64,000 nt of DNA from a virus, in IMG/VR virus record IMGVR_UViG_3300038705_000018, positions 3,711-67,710 of that record. One strand, 5' to 3'. The notes under the pieces were generated by a model. The model did not search any database and was not told the origin of the DNA. It saw nothing but the letters and a program-made list of their open reading frames with translations. This document shows, piece after piece, positions 40,183 through 48,987 of this stretch. The position numbers and the translations under genes are program-made. The stretch's first letter is position 1. The number at the start of each line of letters is the position of its first letter.

Positions 40183-40383
40183 TTAACTTTCTACTAATTC
40201 ATCAACTGTAACATCATACAATTTAGACAACAAACCCAATCTGTATATACTTGGTTGTCTCTTGCCAGATTCAAGTTGTGAATAAGCGGATTTTGTTGAG
40301 TAACCAAGATAATCACCTACATAAGCTTGACTATAACCACGTTTCTTACGTAATGATTTGGCCTTTTCGATATTTAGTTTCAT
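40183..40383 (-). CDS. Cro-like XRE HTH regulator
   Basis: RGYSQAYVGDYLGYSTKSAYSQLESGKRQP. Divergent from the cI-like gene. Confidence 0.7.
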   Translation of the reverse strand: MKLNIEKAKSLRKKRGYSQAYVGDYLGYSTKSAYSQLESGKRQPSIYRLGLLSKLYDVTVDELVES

Positions 40384-40427
40384 GTTTATCACCTTTGTTC
40401 TTTTCGTTAATTTGATAATAACACATC

Positions 40428-40444
40428 GTTCACTTTTTGTGAAC
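40428..40444. promoter_or_regulatory. Operator-like palindrome GTTCAC-N5-GTGAAC (copy 1) in the cI/cro intergenic region
   Basis: Perfect 6-bp inverted half-sites within the 195-bp divergent promoter region. Confidence 0.55.
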
Positions 40445-40587
40445 AGTAAAATTTATTTTTTTCTCTAAACTTAAAAAGGTTGTCTTTGAGTGAACTTTCC
40501 TGTTAAATTTTATATATATTGACTATAGTTAATGAAAAAAAGTAAAAGATAAAAGTAGACGGGACTTCTATAAAGGAGAGAAAACTG

Positions 40588-40938
40588 ATGAATCATCAAT
40601 TGATTAGTAAAAGGGTTAAAGAAATCAGAACGGAAATACTCAAAATGAGCCAATCTGAATTCATTAACGCATTAGGACTAAAAAGTAAATCTGCTGTATC
40701 TATGTGGGAGAACGAAGAAATAGATAAATGTCCATCGAGAAAAACTTCTTTAGATATAGCTAAACTCGCAAATGTATCCGTTTCTTATGTATTAGGTGAA
40801 TCCGATGAGAAGAATCCTGAATTAACAGCGAAGGATGACTTAGAACAAGTAATGATAGATATTCGATCTAAGAATCCTGATAAACAAAAAGAACTTATTG
40901 AAATGATAAAACAACTAGTTAAAATATCAGGCGATTGA
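40588..40938 (+). CDS. cI-like XRE-family repressor
   Basis: ILKMSQSEFINALGLKSKSAVSMWEN is an HTH. Only plus-strand gene at the switch. Confidence 0.7.
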   Translation: MNHQLISKRVKEIRTEILKMSQSEFINALGLKSKSAVSMWENEEIDKCPSRKTSLDIAKLANVSVSYVLGESDEKNPELTAKDDLEQVMIDIRSKNPDKQKELIEMIKQLVKISGD

Positions 40939-40943
40939 TAGCG

Positions 40944-41081
40944 TTAAATGCTACCGATCGCCTCTTTTATTTTCAAAAGAATTTCATAAGACTCAGCATC
41001 CCCATTATGAGCCGCATTAAAAATTCCTTGTAGATTACTTTCAACTTCAATTAACTCTTTTTCGATTGTATTTTGTTCCAT
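40944..41081 (-). CDS. Small acidic helical protein (45 aa, not in track) at the aimX position
   Basis: RBS GGAGGA 9 nt before ATG (MEQNTIEKELIEVESNLQG...). Downstream of the aimP-like ORF. Confidence 0.35.
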   Translation of the reverse strand: MEQNTIEKELIEVESNLQGIFNAAHNGDAESYEILLKIKEAIGSI

Positions 41082-41247
41082 CACCAACATCCTCCGATAT
41101 TTTCATAGTAGTTTGTGAATTTCTCACAATGTATAACTAATATTTAATTTTGAAATTTAGTTAATCCCCCTATAAACAGCGAATGCGATTGCCCCATTAA
41201 GAGACAATCGCATTCAATCTATTTATATCGGACCCTTAACCAGAAAA

Positions 41248-41403
41248 TTATCCCATTCCTGTCCCTGGGTCCATTCTAAGCATAATTTGAGTTTGAGCAT
41301 CCTTTGCTACTTGTTTAGGCTGCTCCTTTTGACCTTTAACAGGAGATACATATAATACTCCGACTAAAGCCAAAGTTGTTACTAAAGCTAGTACTTTTTT
41401 CAT
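41248..41403 (-). CDS. aimP: AimP-like secreted signalling pro-peptide (51 aa, not in track)
   Basis: ATGA overlap with the receptor stop. MKKVLALVTTLALVGVLYVSPV signal-like N-terminus. C-terminus ...MLRMDPGTGMG. Confidence 0.5.
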   Translation of the reverse strand: MKKVLALVTTLALVGVLYVSPVKGQKEQPKQVAKDAQTQIMLRMDPGTGMG

Positions 41404-42572
41404 TTAGCATCACCCTTGTATATTATACTATTTTTATTAATATCTACCAATATTTTTCGAGGTAAATAACTATAAAATTTACACCCTTGCGAGTAGAATA
41501 ACTCAATTGATTTTTCTAGTAATTTTCTATCTTCCAATGCCATTCCTAAATAACATAATTTCATTGGAGACAGACTACCATTCTCTTTTTCGTACTTTCT
41601 TAATATAGTGGCAGCTTTTTCTTTTTGTCCTGTTACTATATATAGAAGCGCTTTCTCGCCCACATCAAAAATTTGTAAATCATACATATCCTTTTGATGG
41701 ATTATTCTAATGTAAGACCTCATATTTAAAAACTCTTTTTTTCGGTTTTCTGCTTTCTCATAGGATAGTTGGTCTAGCATCTCAATCCCTTTATTTAAAT
41801 ACCATAAAGATTGTTCATAATTTTCAACGTATGATTCACCTAAATATCCTAATGCAGAAATTTTTAATAACCTTAGATAACCTAATTCATCATTAACATT
41901 CAATATACTATGGCATAGTTCTCTTGATTTTTCTATTTGCTCGTCCATTAGCAATGCATACGCATACCATTCCTTTACACGGCTACTGTATATATCTTTT
42001 ATAAATTGGCTAGGAAGTTCAGATATTTTTTCCTGTAATGTTTGTATATACCCATCTAAAAGTTTAAAATTCCTACAATCATACATAGAATATAATGTTA
42101 AAATATCAAACATTATTTTAGTTTCTTCATTTTTAAGAACTTTACTCTTTTTCCTACTCTCAGTCTCCGTTAAAAGTTTTTCAGCTGTAAAAAATTTCTT
42201 AGCTCTTAACCAAACGAGTTCATATATATATGCCCATTCGTAAGTTTTAGAGTTATTAGATTCAAAGCCTCTTTGAATCGCAATTCTAAGGAGTTCCAAA
42301 TCCCCTAAAGCATTTCCATACTCCATAGCTATTCTTAAATTCTTTTTACTTTTAGTTTTTTTACAAAATTCATGGATCATATAATTCTTTTCAAGCGGAT
42401 CTTCATATAATAATTCAACTAACTTTACTACATTTAAAAAATTCAATTCACTTTTCCCTGATAAATTCTTTGAAAACGCAGGGCCACTTATTCCAAGTTC
42501 TTTTGAAATACTCTCTTGGCTCTTTTTTTGAAAATCAATTTGATCAACAACTTTAAATAACCAATATTTCAT
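41400..42572 (-). CDS. aimR: AimR-like RNPP-family receptor (HTH + TPR)
   Basis: RBS AAGGAGGAG before MKYWLF. N-terminal HTH SQESISKELGISGPAFSKNLSG. TPR-like body. C-terminus resembles AimR. Confidence 0.65.
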   Translation of the reverse strand: MKYWLFKVVDQIDFQKKSQESISKELGISGPAFSKNLSGKSELNFLNVVKLVELLYEDPLEKNYMIHEFCKKTKSKKNLRIAMEYGNALGDLELLRIAIQRGFESNNSKTYEWAYIYELVWLRAKKFFTAEKLLTETESRKKSKVLKNEETKIMFDILTLYSMYDCRNFKLLDGYIQTLQEKISELPSQFIKDIYSSRVKEWYAYALLMDEQIEKSRELCHSILNVNDELGYLRLLKISALGYLGESYVENYEQSLWYLNKGIEMLDQLSYEKAENRKKEFLNMRSYIRIIHQKDMYDLQIFDVGEKALLYIVTGQKEKAATILRKYEKENGSLSPMKLCYLGMALEDRKLLEKSIELFYSQGCKFYSYLPRKILVDINKNSIIYKGDAK

Positions 42573-43050
42573 TTTGCTCCTCCTTGCCGGAACAAAAGAC
42601 ACGTAAACCCCATAAAGGAAAACGTGCCACCCTCAATCTATGGTGTGTTATAATTATATGTATAAGATCCGCGACAATGTTCCCTAGGGTAGTAGGGGCA
42701 GTGTAAGAGTGTTACCAGCACTACTTGCACCGTGGGTCTTTTTTACGTCCGTTTATTTTATTATTTTCATAATATCATATTTTTGCCAAAATTCAGTCGT
42801 GTGGTTATCAGAAAAATGTTGAGAAAGTTTGAAAATAGCTGTATATCAAGGTTTTCTTACGCTTTATTGAAAGGATATGCAATAGTGCATCTTTCTGTAT
42901 GAAGTACCTATATACATATTTTACTGTATTAACCATGAGAGATACCGCTCTCTTTTTTTATTTACTCTTTTTAAACTAGAACCTTTTTATACAACCTTCA
43001 TAATATATATGGGACAACCTTAAACTCTTTTTTGAGAGGAATGATTAGAT

Positions 43051-43512
43051 ATGGCAGATTATTTCTGTAAAGATGGAAAGAAATATTACAAGAAAAAAGA
43101 AAAATCATGTAACTCTTCAAACTCCAATAACTGTTTCATAGAGACATTTACAATTTTCGGCTCTGAAACTACCCCTACAAGTCTTGAAATTCCACCCGGT
43201 TCTACAATTACCCTATTTGAAAATTTTACAACTAATCACAATAAAACTCTAATTCGCTTTAGTTTTAGCCCTGTATTTGCTGCGTTTGTTACATTGACTA
43301 TTAGAACATTTAATTCTACAACTCCACAAACAATTACATTAACACCAGGAGATAGAAAAACTTTCTTATTTGAGGATGTTCAAAGTATTACTTTCTCAAA
43401 TGCCACTACAGCTAACGCTGAACTTAGTCCATTATTTATCCAACAAACAACATGTATTTGTTGTGGTGAATCAAATTCATATTACTATGAGAGTAGTGAT
43501 TATGGTTATTAG
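43051..43512 (+). CDS. Cys-flanked beta-rich small protein (possibly spore-appendage/DUF3992-like)
   Basis: N-terminal Cys at residues 6, 20 and 28. S/T/N-rich beta-strand core. C-terminal TCICCG and a Tyr-rich tail. Confidence 0.35.
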   Translation: MADYFCKDGKKYYKKKEKSCNSSNSNNCFIETFTIFGSETTPTSLEIPPGSTITLFENFTTNHNKTLIRFSFSPVFAAFVTLTIRTFNSTTPQTITLTPGDRKTFLFEDVQSITFSNATTANAELSPLFIQQTTCICCGESNSYYYESSDYGY

Positions 43513-43720
43513 TAGTTATTATAGAGGGCTTCGGCTCTCTTTTTTTATGTATGTTCTGAAACTGGATTTACATACAGGTGTCCTTAATGGAGAGAGTTAC
43601 AAAGGGGAAACTTCATTTTCTCTATAACTGAGGTATTGTTGATTTATGCTATTATAATTTTATAATTATTTTTTTCATTTGATTCATAGTTAAAACTGAA
43701 ACTGTCTTGGGGGATTAAAC

Positions 43721-45418
43721 ATGTATATAGACACGATTGAAATAAGCAATTTTAGATCGATTGGAAGCAGCCCACCACTAAAACTAGATATTAGTGATAT
43801 TACCGTTCTGTCAGGAATTAATGATACAGGTAAAACTTCAGCCTTATTAGCCTCATTTATTGGTTTGAATAATGTTTCAACAAAAAATCAAGAATTATAT
43901 AAATTATTGGATGGAAGTAAACATCGTAAAGGCTATGCTTTAGACGAATCCGCACAAGCTATTAAGCCTACTTTCAAATGTACGGAAGAAGATGTAGAAA
44001 AAGTATGGGAATACATACAACATAAGGGAATTTTGAAATATATCTTGCAAGAATTAAGGAAAGAAGAGATTAATATTGAGGAAGATACGGTTAAAGAATT
44101 TATTTCAGAAGCTGTAATCACACTAAAAATCCCACTGGATAGTCGACGATTCTCCTTTTACGATAGTTGTGTTGATCTTGTACTTTGGAATAAATGTGTT
44201 GAGAACTTCTTTAAATACGAAAATATTTTAGAATTGTCAAACTATTTACATCGAGCAATTAATACTGCTGCTGCATTAGAGACATCTATAAACAACATGA
44301 ATTGTTTATATGTTCCGGGTGTTACAAGAAGTAATGATCAAATTTTATTCAGAGAAAAAGATCGAAAATCGCAATTAATAGCCTTTTTCAAAGGGATTTG
44401 TTCGGAACAAGGGAAAACTTCCGGGAAATACGACGCTTTTAAGGAATATTTTAAAATTTTACTCCCTGAATTGGTAAGGTTTGAAATAAATATTGTTCAA
44501 GATAATGAAGAATCTGAGGATATATTTTTAACTTGGAACCATAATGACTGTGAAAAAGAACAACCATTATCCCGAAGTGGTGATGGAATCTATAATACTA
44601 TATTTCTTATGGCCAAGGTGCTAAATAATTTTAATGCAATGAATATTGTATTTATTGATGAACCTGAAATAGGATTACATCCATTGCTACAGCAAAGATT
44701 TATTAAGTTGCTTAGAAAACTTTCTCGTGAATACTCAATAAAATGGGTGTTAGCAACGCATTCTCCCTTTATATTACAGTCTTTAAAAGATACAGAGAAA
44801 CTATATTTAATTAAGCATGATGGTCACCAAACAAATTGTCTGGAAATTGATATCGCTAATAAAGATGTTGTTTTTAGTACTTTAGGTGCTTATTTGCCTT
44901 TAGCTCTTTCTGCCACAGGTGTAATATTTGTTGAGGGACAAACTGAGGCGACCGTTTTAACCATACTATTAGCTAAAGTTGGTTTAAACATAGAAAGGGA
45001 ACGAATAATAATTATCCCTCTTGGTGGTGAAAATCTCTTTCAGATTTCTGCAAAAGATTTAAAAAAATTACATGAAAAAAGTATGGTCATTATAGATAGT
45101 GATTTATCTAAACCTGAAAAAGAAGGAGGAAATATAAAAAAAATAAAATTAGATTATCAAGCTGAATGTGAAGAAAATAATGTTGAATTCTTAATGATTA
45201 AGGACTATAGAACATTAGAAAATATGTATCCAAAGGATGTTTTAGCGGAAGTTTTAGGTAAAGAAGTTGAAACTCTTGATTATGGAAACTTTGATGAGGT
45301 ACCTGGAATTCGTAATAAAATCAAGGTAGGGGAAGAAGTCGCAAATAAAATGTCTAAAGAAGAAGCTGAGCGTTTTCCTTTGATTAAAGAAATACAAAAA
45401 TGGTGGAATGAGAAATAA
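43721..45418 (+). CDS. OLD-family nuclease (ABC-type ATPase + TOPRIM)
   Basis: Walker A GINDTGKT, Walker B VFIDEPEIGLHP, ATHSP. TOPRIM motifs FVEGQTE and VIIDSD. Confidence 0.85.
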   Translation: MYIDTIEISNFRSIGSSPPLKLDISDITVLSGINDTGKTSALLASFIGLNNVSTKNQELYKLLDGSKHRKGYALDESAQAIKPTFKCTEEDVEKVWEYIQHKGILKYILQELRKEEINIEEDTVKEFISEAVITLKIPLDSRRFSFYDSCVDLVLWNKCVENFFKYENILELSNYLHRAINTAAALETSINNMNCLYVPGVTRSNDQILFREKDRKSQLIAFFKGICSEQGKTSGKYDAFKEYFKILLPELVRFEINIVQDNEESEDIFLTWNHNDCEKEQPLSRSGDGIYNTIFLMAKVLNNFNAMNIVFIDEPEIGLHPLLQQRFIKLLRKLSREYSIKWVLATHSPFILQSLKDTEKLYLIKHDGHQTNCLEIDIANKDVVFSTLGAYLPLALSATGVIFVEGQTEATVLTILLAKVGLNIERERIIIIPLGGENLFQISAKDLKKLHEKSMVIIDSDLSKPEKEGGNIKKIKLDYQAECEENNVEFLMIKDYRTLENMYPKDVLAEVLGKEVETLDYGNFDEVPGIRNKIKVGEEVANKMSKEEAERFPLIKEIQKWWNEK

Positions 45419-45422
45419 TATT

Positions 45423-45500
45423 TGGATGGGAGTCCAATACATATTATTAAAATTAAAGTGGTTCAAGTCGCAGGAAGGCACCTTAGGGTGTCTTTTTTTA
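45423..45500 (+). repeat. Interspersed ~80-nt repeat ending in a terminator (copy A)
   Basis: TGGATGGGAGTCCAATACATATTATTAAAATTAAAGTGGTTCAAGTCGCAGGAAGGCACCTTAGGGTGTCTTTTTTT, just after the OLD-gene stop. Confidence 0.8.
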
Positions 45501-45693
45501 TGATTTAACACAATCATAATCACATTTTGAGGTACTTCTTGTTTTTAGACCTATCATTTTACCTTCCTTTATAAGTCCTATTTTAGTGCTGAATTTTAAA
45601 ATATAAATTCATTTTCAATAACTTTATTTCTACAGGTAATATATAATTTGAATATTGATACATTAAAAACAATATAAAAAGGAGTGTATATCG

Positions 45694-46992
45694 TTGGAAT
45701 CATTAAGACGATTTGCTAAGGCTGCATTATATTACTGTAATAGGAATAACAAATGGGATGTAGATATGCATAGTGATAAGCCCTTGAAAACTTTATTAGA
45801 AAAAATATATGAACACCCTAGATTTAGTGCTATTTTTGAAGTTGAAATAGCAGAAAGTATAATTAATTCGTATCTCGAAGATATACACATACAACAGCAA
45901 ACAAACTATGGTGATCAAGATGCAGATCAATTTTTAGAATATATATATGAAAATCTTTATATAAATATCAAAGAAAGATGGATCATTTTCCCTTTAAAAG
46001 GAGCATTTCTTTCAAAAACAGTAAAGTATAAAGATTTTATTTTCATTTCAGGGGATAGAAATGAAAAATTAAATACATTAAAAAAAATATTTAAAGTGTC
46101 ATTGAATGAAACGAAAACAAGAATGCAGCATATTGAGAGAAAATCATCTTCTTTTTTACAACATCCATTAGTAGCTATTAGAGTAAAACATCAATATAGT
46201 TATGTTTTTTATAGGGCAAGACATATAGGACTTTATACAAATTCTATTTTACATGCTATATACTGGGGGAATGTGTATCCTAAATACAAATTACCTCTTT
46301 TCAGTAATATACATCAAAATGAACATATTAATATTCTCTTAACATGTGGTACTACAGAATATGAATTCAACAACGCACCGCTTAATTTTAATGCAAATTG
46401 TTTTATAAACTTAGACTGGCTCCTAGAAAAGAAATATATAAAGTTATTGGATCTAATATATCAAGAAATGGTTATGAAAACTCATAACCCGGTCTCCCAA
46501 AAATTTTTGAACGGTATAAATTTTTTTAAAAGAGCTATAGAGGTTGAAAATAGTAATGATATAACTCAAGGATTAGGAACACCTTTATTGTTGTTAACAA
46601 TTGCTAGTGAAAATATTCTATTAAAACATAAAGATTCTAAGCGAGACAGATTACGTGTATTATTCCCTTGTTTGGTTAATTGGGATGTCATGGATAAGAA
46701 TGAATTTAGTTCATTAATAAGTCAAATTTATACTTGGAGATCAGAATTTGTACATGCGGGGATAGAGCTGTATAAGGATTATAATGAAGATTTTTCATCA
46801 GGACCTAACACAAAACAATATATAAATTTTAAAGTAGCGGTATCAAAATTATTATGTAGATCTCCTTATTTCATAAGGCTAGTTAACAATCGTTTTGTTA
46901 AACAGGATTCAATAAGACATATTGATCTATGGAATACATATTTAGATAATCATTGGAACAGAGGTAAGAGTTTATTAAATAAGGTGGAATAG
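45694..46992 (+). CDS. HEPN-domain protein (ApeA-like)
   Basis: TTG start with RBS AAGGAG. C-terminal Rx4H motif in IYTWRSEFVHAG. N-terminal region unassigned. Confidence 0.5.
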   Translation: MESLRRFAKAALYYCNRNNKWDVDMHSDKPLKTLLEKIYEHPRFSAIFEVEIAESIINSYLEDIHIQQQTNYGDQDADQFLEYIYENLYINIKERWIIFPLKGAFLSKTVKYKDFIFISGDRNEKLNTLKKIFKVSLNETKTRMQHIERKSSSFLQHPLVAIRVKHQYSYVFYRARHIGLYTNSILHAIYWGNVYPKYKLPLFSNIHQNEHINILLTCGTTEYEFNNAPLNFNANCFINLDWLLEKKYIKLLDLIYQEMVMKTHNPVSQKFLNGINFFKRAIEVENSNDITQGLGTPLLLLTIASENILLKHKDSKRDRLRVLFPCLVNWDVMDKNEFSSLISQIYTWRSEFVHAGIELYKDYNEDFSSGPNTKQYINFKVAVSKLLCRSPYFIRLVNNRFVKQDSIRHIDLWNTYLDNHWNRGKSLLNKVE

Positions 46993-47235
46993 AAATAATT
47001 TATAATAAGTATAAAATCATATTAGAGACGGTCTATATACTCTTTTAAATTAACGGTTTTCTGTTGAGGGTGGCGCGGTGAACCCTATCATACGTAAATG
47101 GGGTTTTATTAGCTTTAAGTAATCTTTAAATAATTAATTTTATGAGCCATCTTTGGGATTTGGCATTCCTCCAATGTATCATAGTCTATACTAGATGATG
47201 GAATAAGTTCGTTATGATTAATATTTAACTAAAGA

Positions 47236-47264
47236 GAAAAGCTCTCTAATTGAGAGCTTTTTTA
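47236..47264. terminator. Bidirectional terminator between convergent genes
   Basis: aaaagctctc-taatt-gagagctttt, flanked by A-runs and T-runs. Confidence 0.7.
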
Positions 47265-47339
47265 GATAAATGGCTTTAATACAAACCATCTTTTTATTAT
47301 TTATGTATGCACATAAAATGAACATACATTAAAATACAA

Positions 47340-48212
47340 CTATTCGAAAATTTGTAAGTTTATTAAATCATCAGGTCCCTCTAATTGAGGTTCTTGAGCG
47401 TAATTTGAGCGCTCTAAAACCATATTTCTTACTAAGAAATATAATTCTTTATAAGTGATTGCACTTTGGCTTCCCATCACGTCAGTTAATGCTTTAGTAA
47501 AACGGCCATATGTACCTTCATCATATGATACTTGATCTGCTTTACATCCTGCTAATAAAATATGATTCGGTCCTGAAAAAGATGAAAAGTCTTTTCTAAT
47601 AGGTTCAAAACCACTCATAATCATTTTTATGTCTTGAATGGTTTGGGTTGGAGGAATGTAACGAGGTTTAATACTTGATAAATCTCTTCTTTCAACGTTA
47701 TTAAAACTATTAATTATTGCTTTTACATCCTCAATAGTTCGCGCTTGCGGAATAGAATAATAATTACCAAAGTTCCTTGTACCAGTTCCAGAATGACAAC
47801 TATCCAAAATAACCACAAATTTTACACCTTTAGGTATGTTAGATAGTATTGTATTAATTTCATCATCTCTAATAAGATTAGATTGGTCAGCAAGTGCATC
47901 GATGGGTACAATAGCTTCATCCAACATATCTTCCTCATCAATTGGTGGCAAATCCGCTGTCTGTGTTCCGTGTCCCGAGTATGTAAATAATCCAATATCC
48001 CCAGGTTCTAGTTGATTAACTAGCCATTCCAGTCCTTTGAGAATATTTTTTTTAGTCGCTACTTCCTCAATAAGTAATTGTATATTAGACTGATTAAAAT
48101 CAAATTTTTTAACTAGCGTATTTAAGATCATTGATGCATCGTTTATACAGCCCCCTAACTCATATTTACTGCCTCGATAATTTATACCTGTAATTAACGC
48201 TAATTTCTTCAC
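47340..48212 (-). CDS. Caspase-family (C14, metacaspase-like) peptidase
   Basis: GTG start with RBS AGGAGGAG. Catalytic His in YSGHGTQ, catalytic Cys in ILDSCHSGTG. Confidence 0.85.
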   Translation of the reverse strand: MKKLALITGINYRGSKYELGGCINDASMILNTLVKKFDFNQSNIQLLIEEVATKKNILKGLEWLVNQLEPGDIGLFTYSGHGTQTADLPPIDEEDMLDEAIVPIDALADQSNLIRDDEINTILSNIPKGVKFVVILDSCHSGTGTRNFGNYYSIPQARTIEDVKAIINSFNNVERRDLSSIKPRYIPPTQTIQDIKMIMSGFEPIRKDFSSFSGPNHILLAGCKADQVSYDEGTYGRFTKALTDVMGSQSAITYKELYFLVRNMVLERSNYAQEPQLEGPDDLINLQIFE

Positions 48213-48238
48213 TTTACTCCTCCTATTACTAATTTATA

Positions 48239-48268
48239 AAGTGGACAGAAAATCATTTCTGTCCACTT
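48239..48268 (-). promoter_or_regulatory. 13-bp hairpin between the small gene and the caspase gene (possible attenuator)
   Basis: aagtggacagaaa/tttctgtccactt. Only a weak U-tract follows on the minus strand. Confidence 0.4.
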
Positions 48269-48369
48269 ATAAAAAAACACTTAAATTATATCTATAGAGC
48301 TTCTATAGACATCCAACTATTTGTAGCTTATTCTTCGATTACAATTGCCTTACTCTGAACTTAACATCA

Positions 48370-48594
48370 TCAAAAAAGTTTAATATTAGCATCAATAATC
48401 TCCCCAGCGGTTGTTCCAATTGCCGCTCCTACAGGTCCACCAATTACACCACCAATTGCACCAGTAATTGGTGCCGTAGGAATACTTTCAGTACCTGGAA
48501 TACCAAAAAAACGTGCCTGAGTTTGTAGGTCACCTTCAACTAAAAGTAACCCTTTTCCATTGATACTTAGTTTTCCAACAACTCTTCCATTCAT
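48370..48594 (-). CDS. 74-aa glycine-zipper protein upstream of the caspase
   Basis: RBS AAGGAGGTGAAAG. C-half PITGAIGGVIGGPVGAAIGTTAG has repeated GxxxG. N-half is beta-like. Single Arg in the linker (QTQARFFG). Confidence 0.6.
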   Translation of the reverse strand: MNGRVVGKLSINGKGLLLVEGDLQTQARFFGIPGTESIPTAPITGAIGGVIGGPVGAAIGTTAGEIIDANIKLF

Positions 48595-48987
48595 CTTCTT
48601 TCACCTCCTTCCACAACAGTATTTACAATTTAATTTAACTAATACATTTTTTTACTATTTTGTTATTTTTAAATAATTATAAATTTTCTTTATAAGAATA
48701 ATTGGATGATATAAGGTTATTCTGATAGATTAAATTCTTTATATACATATAATTTTAAAATAATATATATTGATTAATAGTTAATAATATTTAATCTAAA
48801 AATCTAATCATATATTAACTGATTAAACATTGACTACATTGATGAGTTCTATAAAGAACCCTTTAAAAAGGTATTCAGTCCATTTTTAACATGATTGAAT
48901 AAAGAATTTAATATGAAAACAGTAACAAAAGAAAAATGGGATTTACAAGTTGAAGAAAACCACCTTAAGGTGTCTTTATTATTACTC

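Larger units (their letters stand above)
8636..42572 (-). mobile_element. Siphovirus-type temperate prophage (core from lysis cassette to arbitrium-like module); ends not defined
   Basis: Colinear minus-strand modules: lysogeny switch, replication, late regulator, packaging, head, tail, lysis. No att repeats or integrase found by eye. Confidence 0.85.

Noticed and set aside
45455-45470. The GGTTCAAGTC motif in the repeats looks like a tRNA T-loop, suggesting tRNA fragments or att sites.
   Set aside because: The flanking bases cannot form a T-stem or acceptor stem. No cloverleaf is possible.
43721-46992. Gabija (GajA/GajB).
   Set aside because: The downstream gene has no helicase motifs (no Walker A, no UvrD signatures), and a terminator separates the genes.
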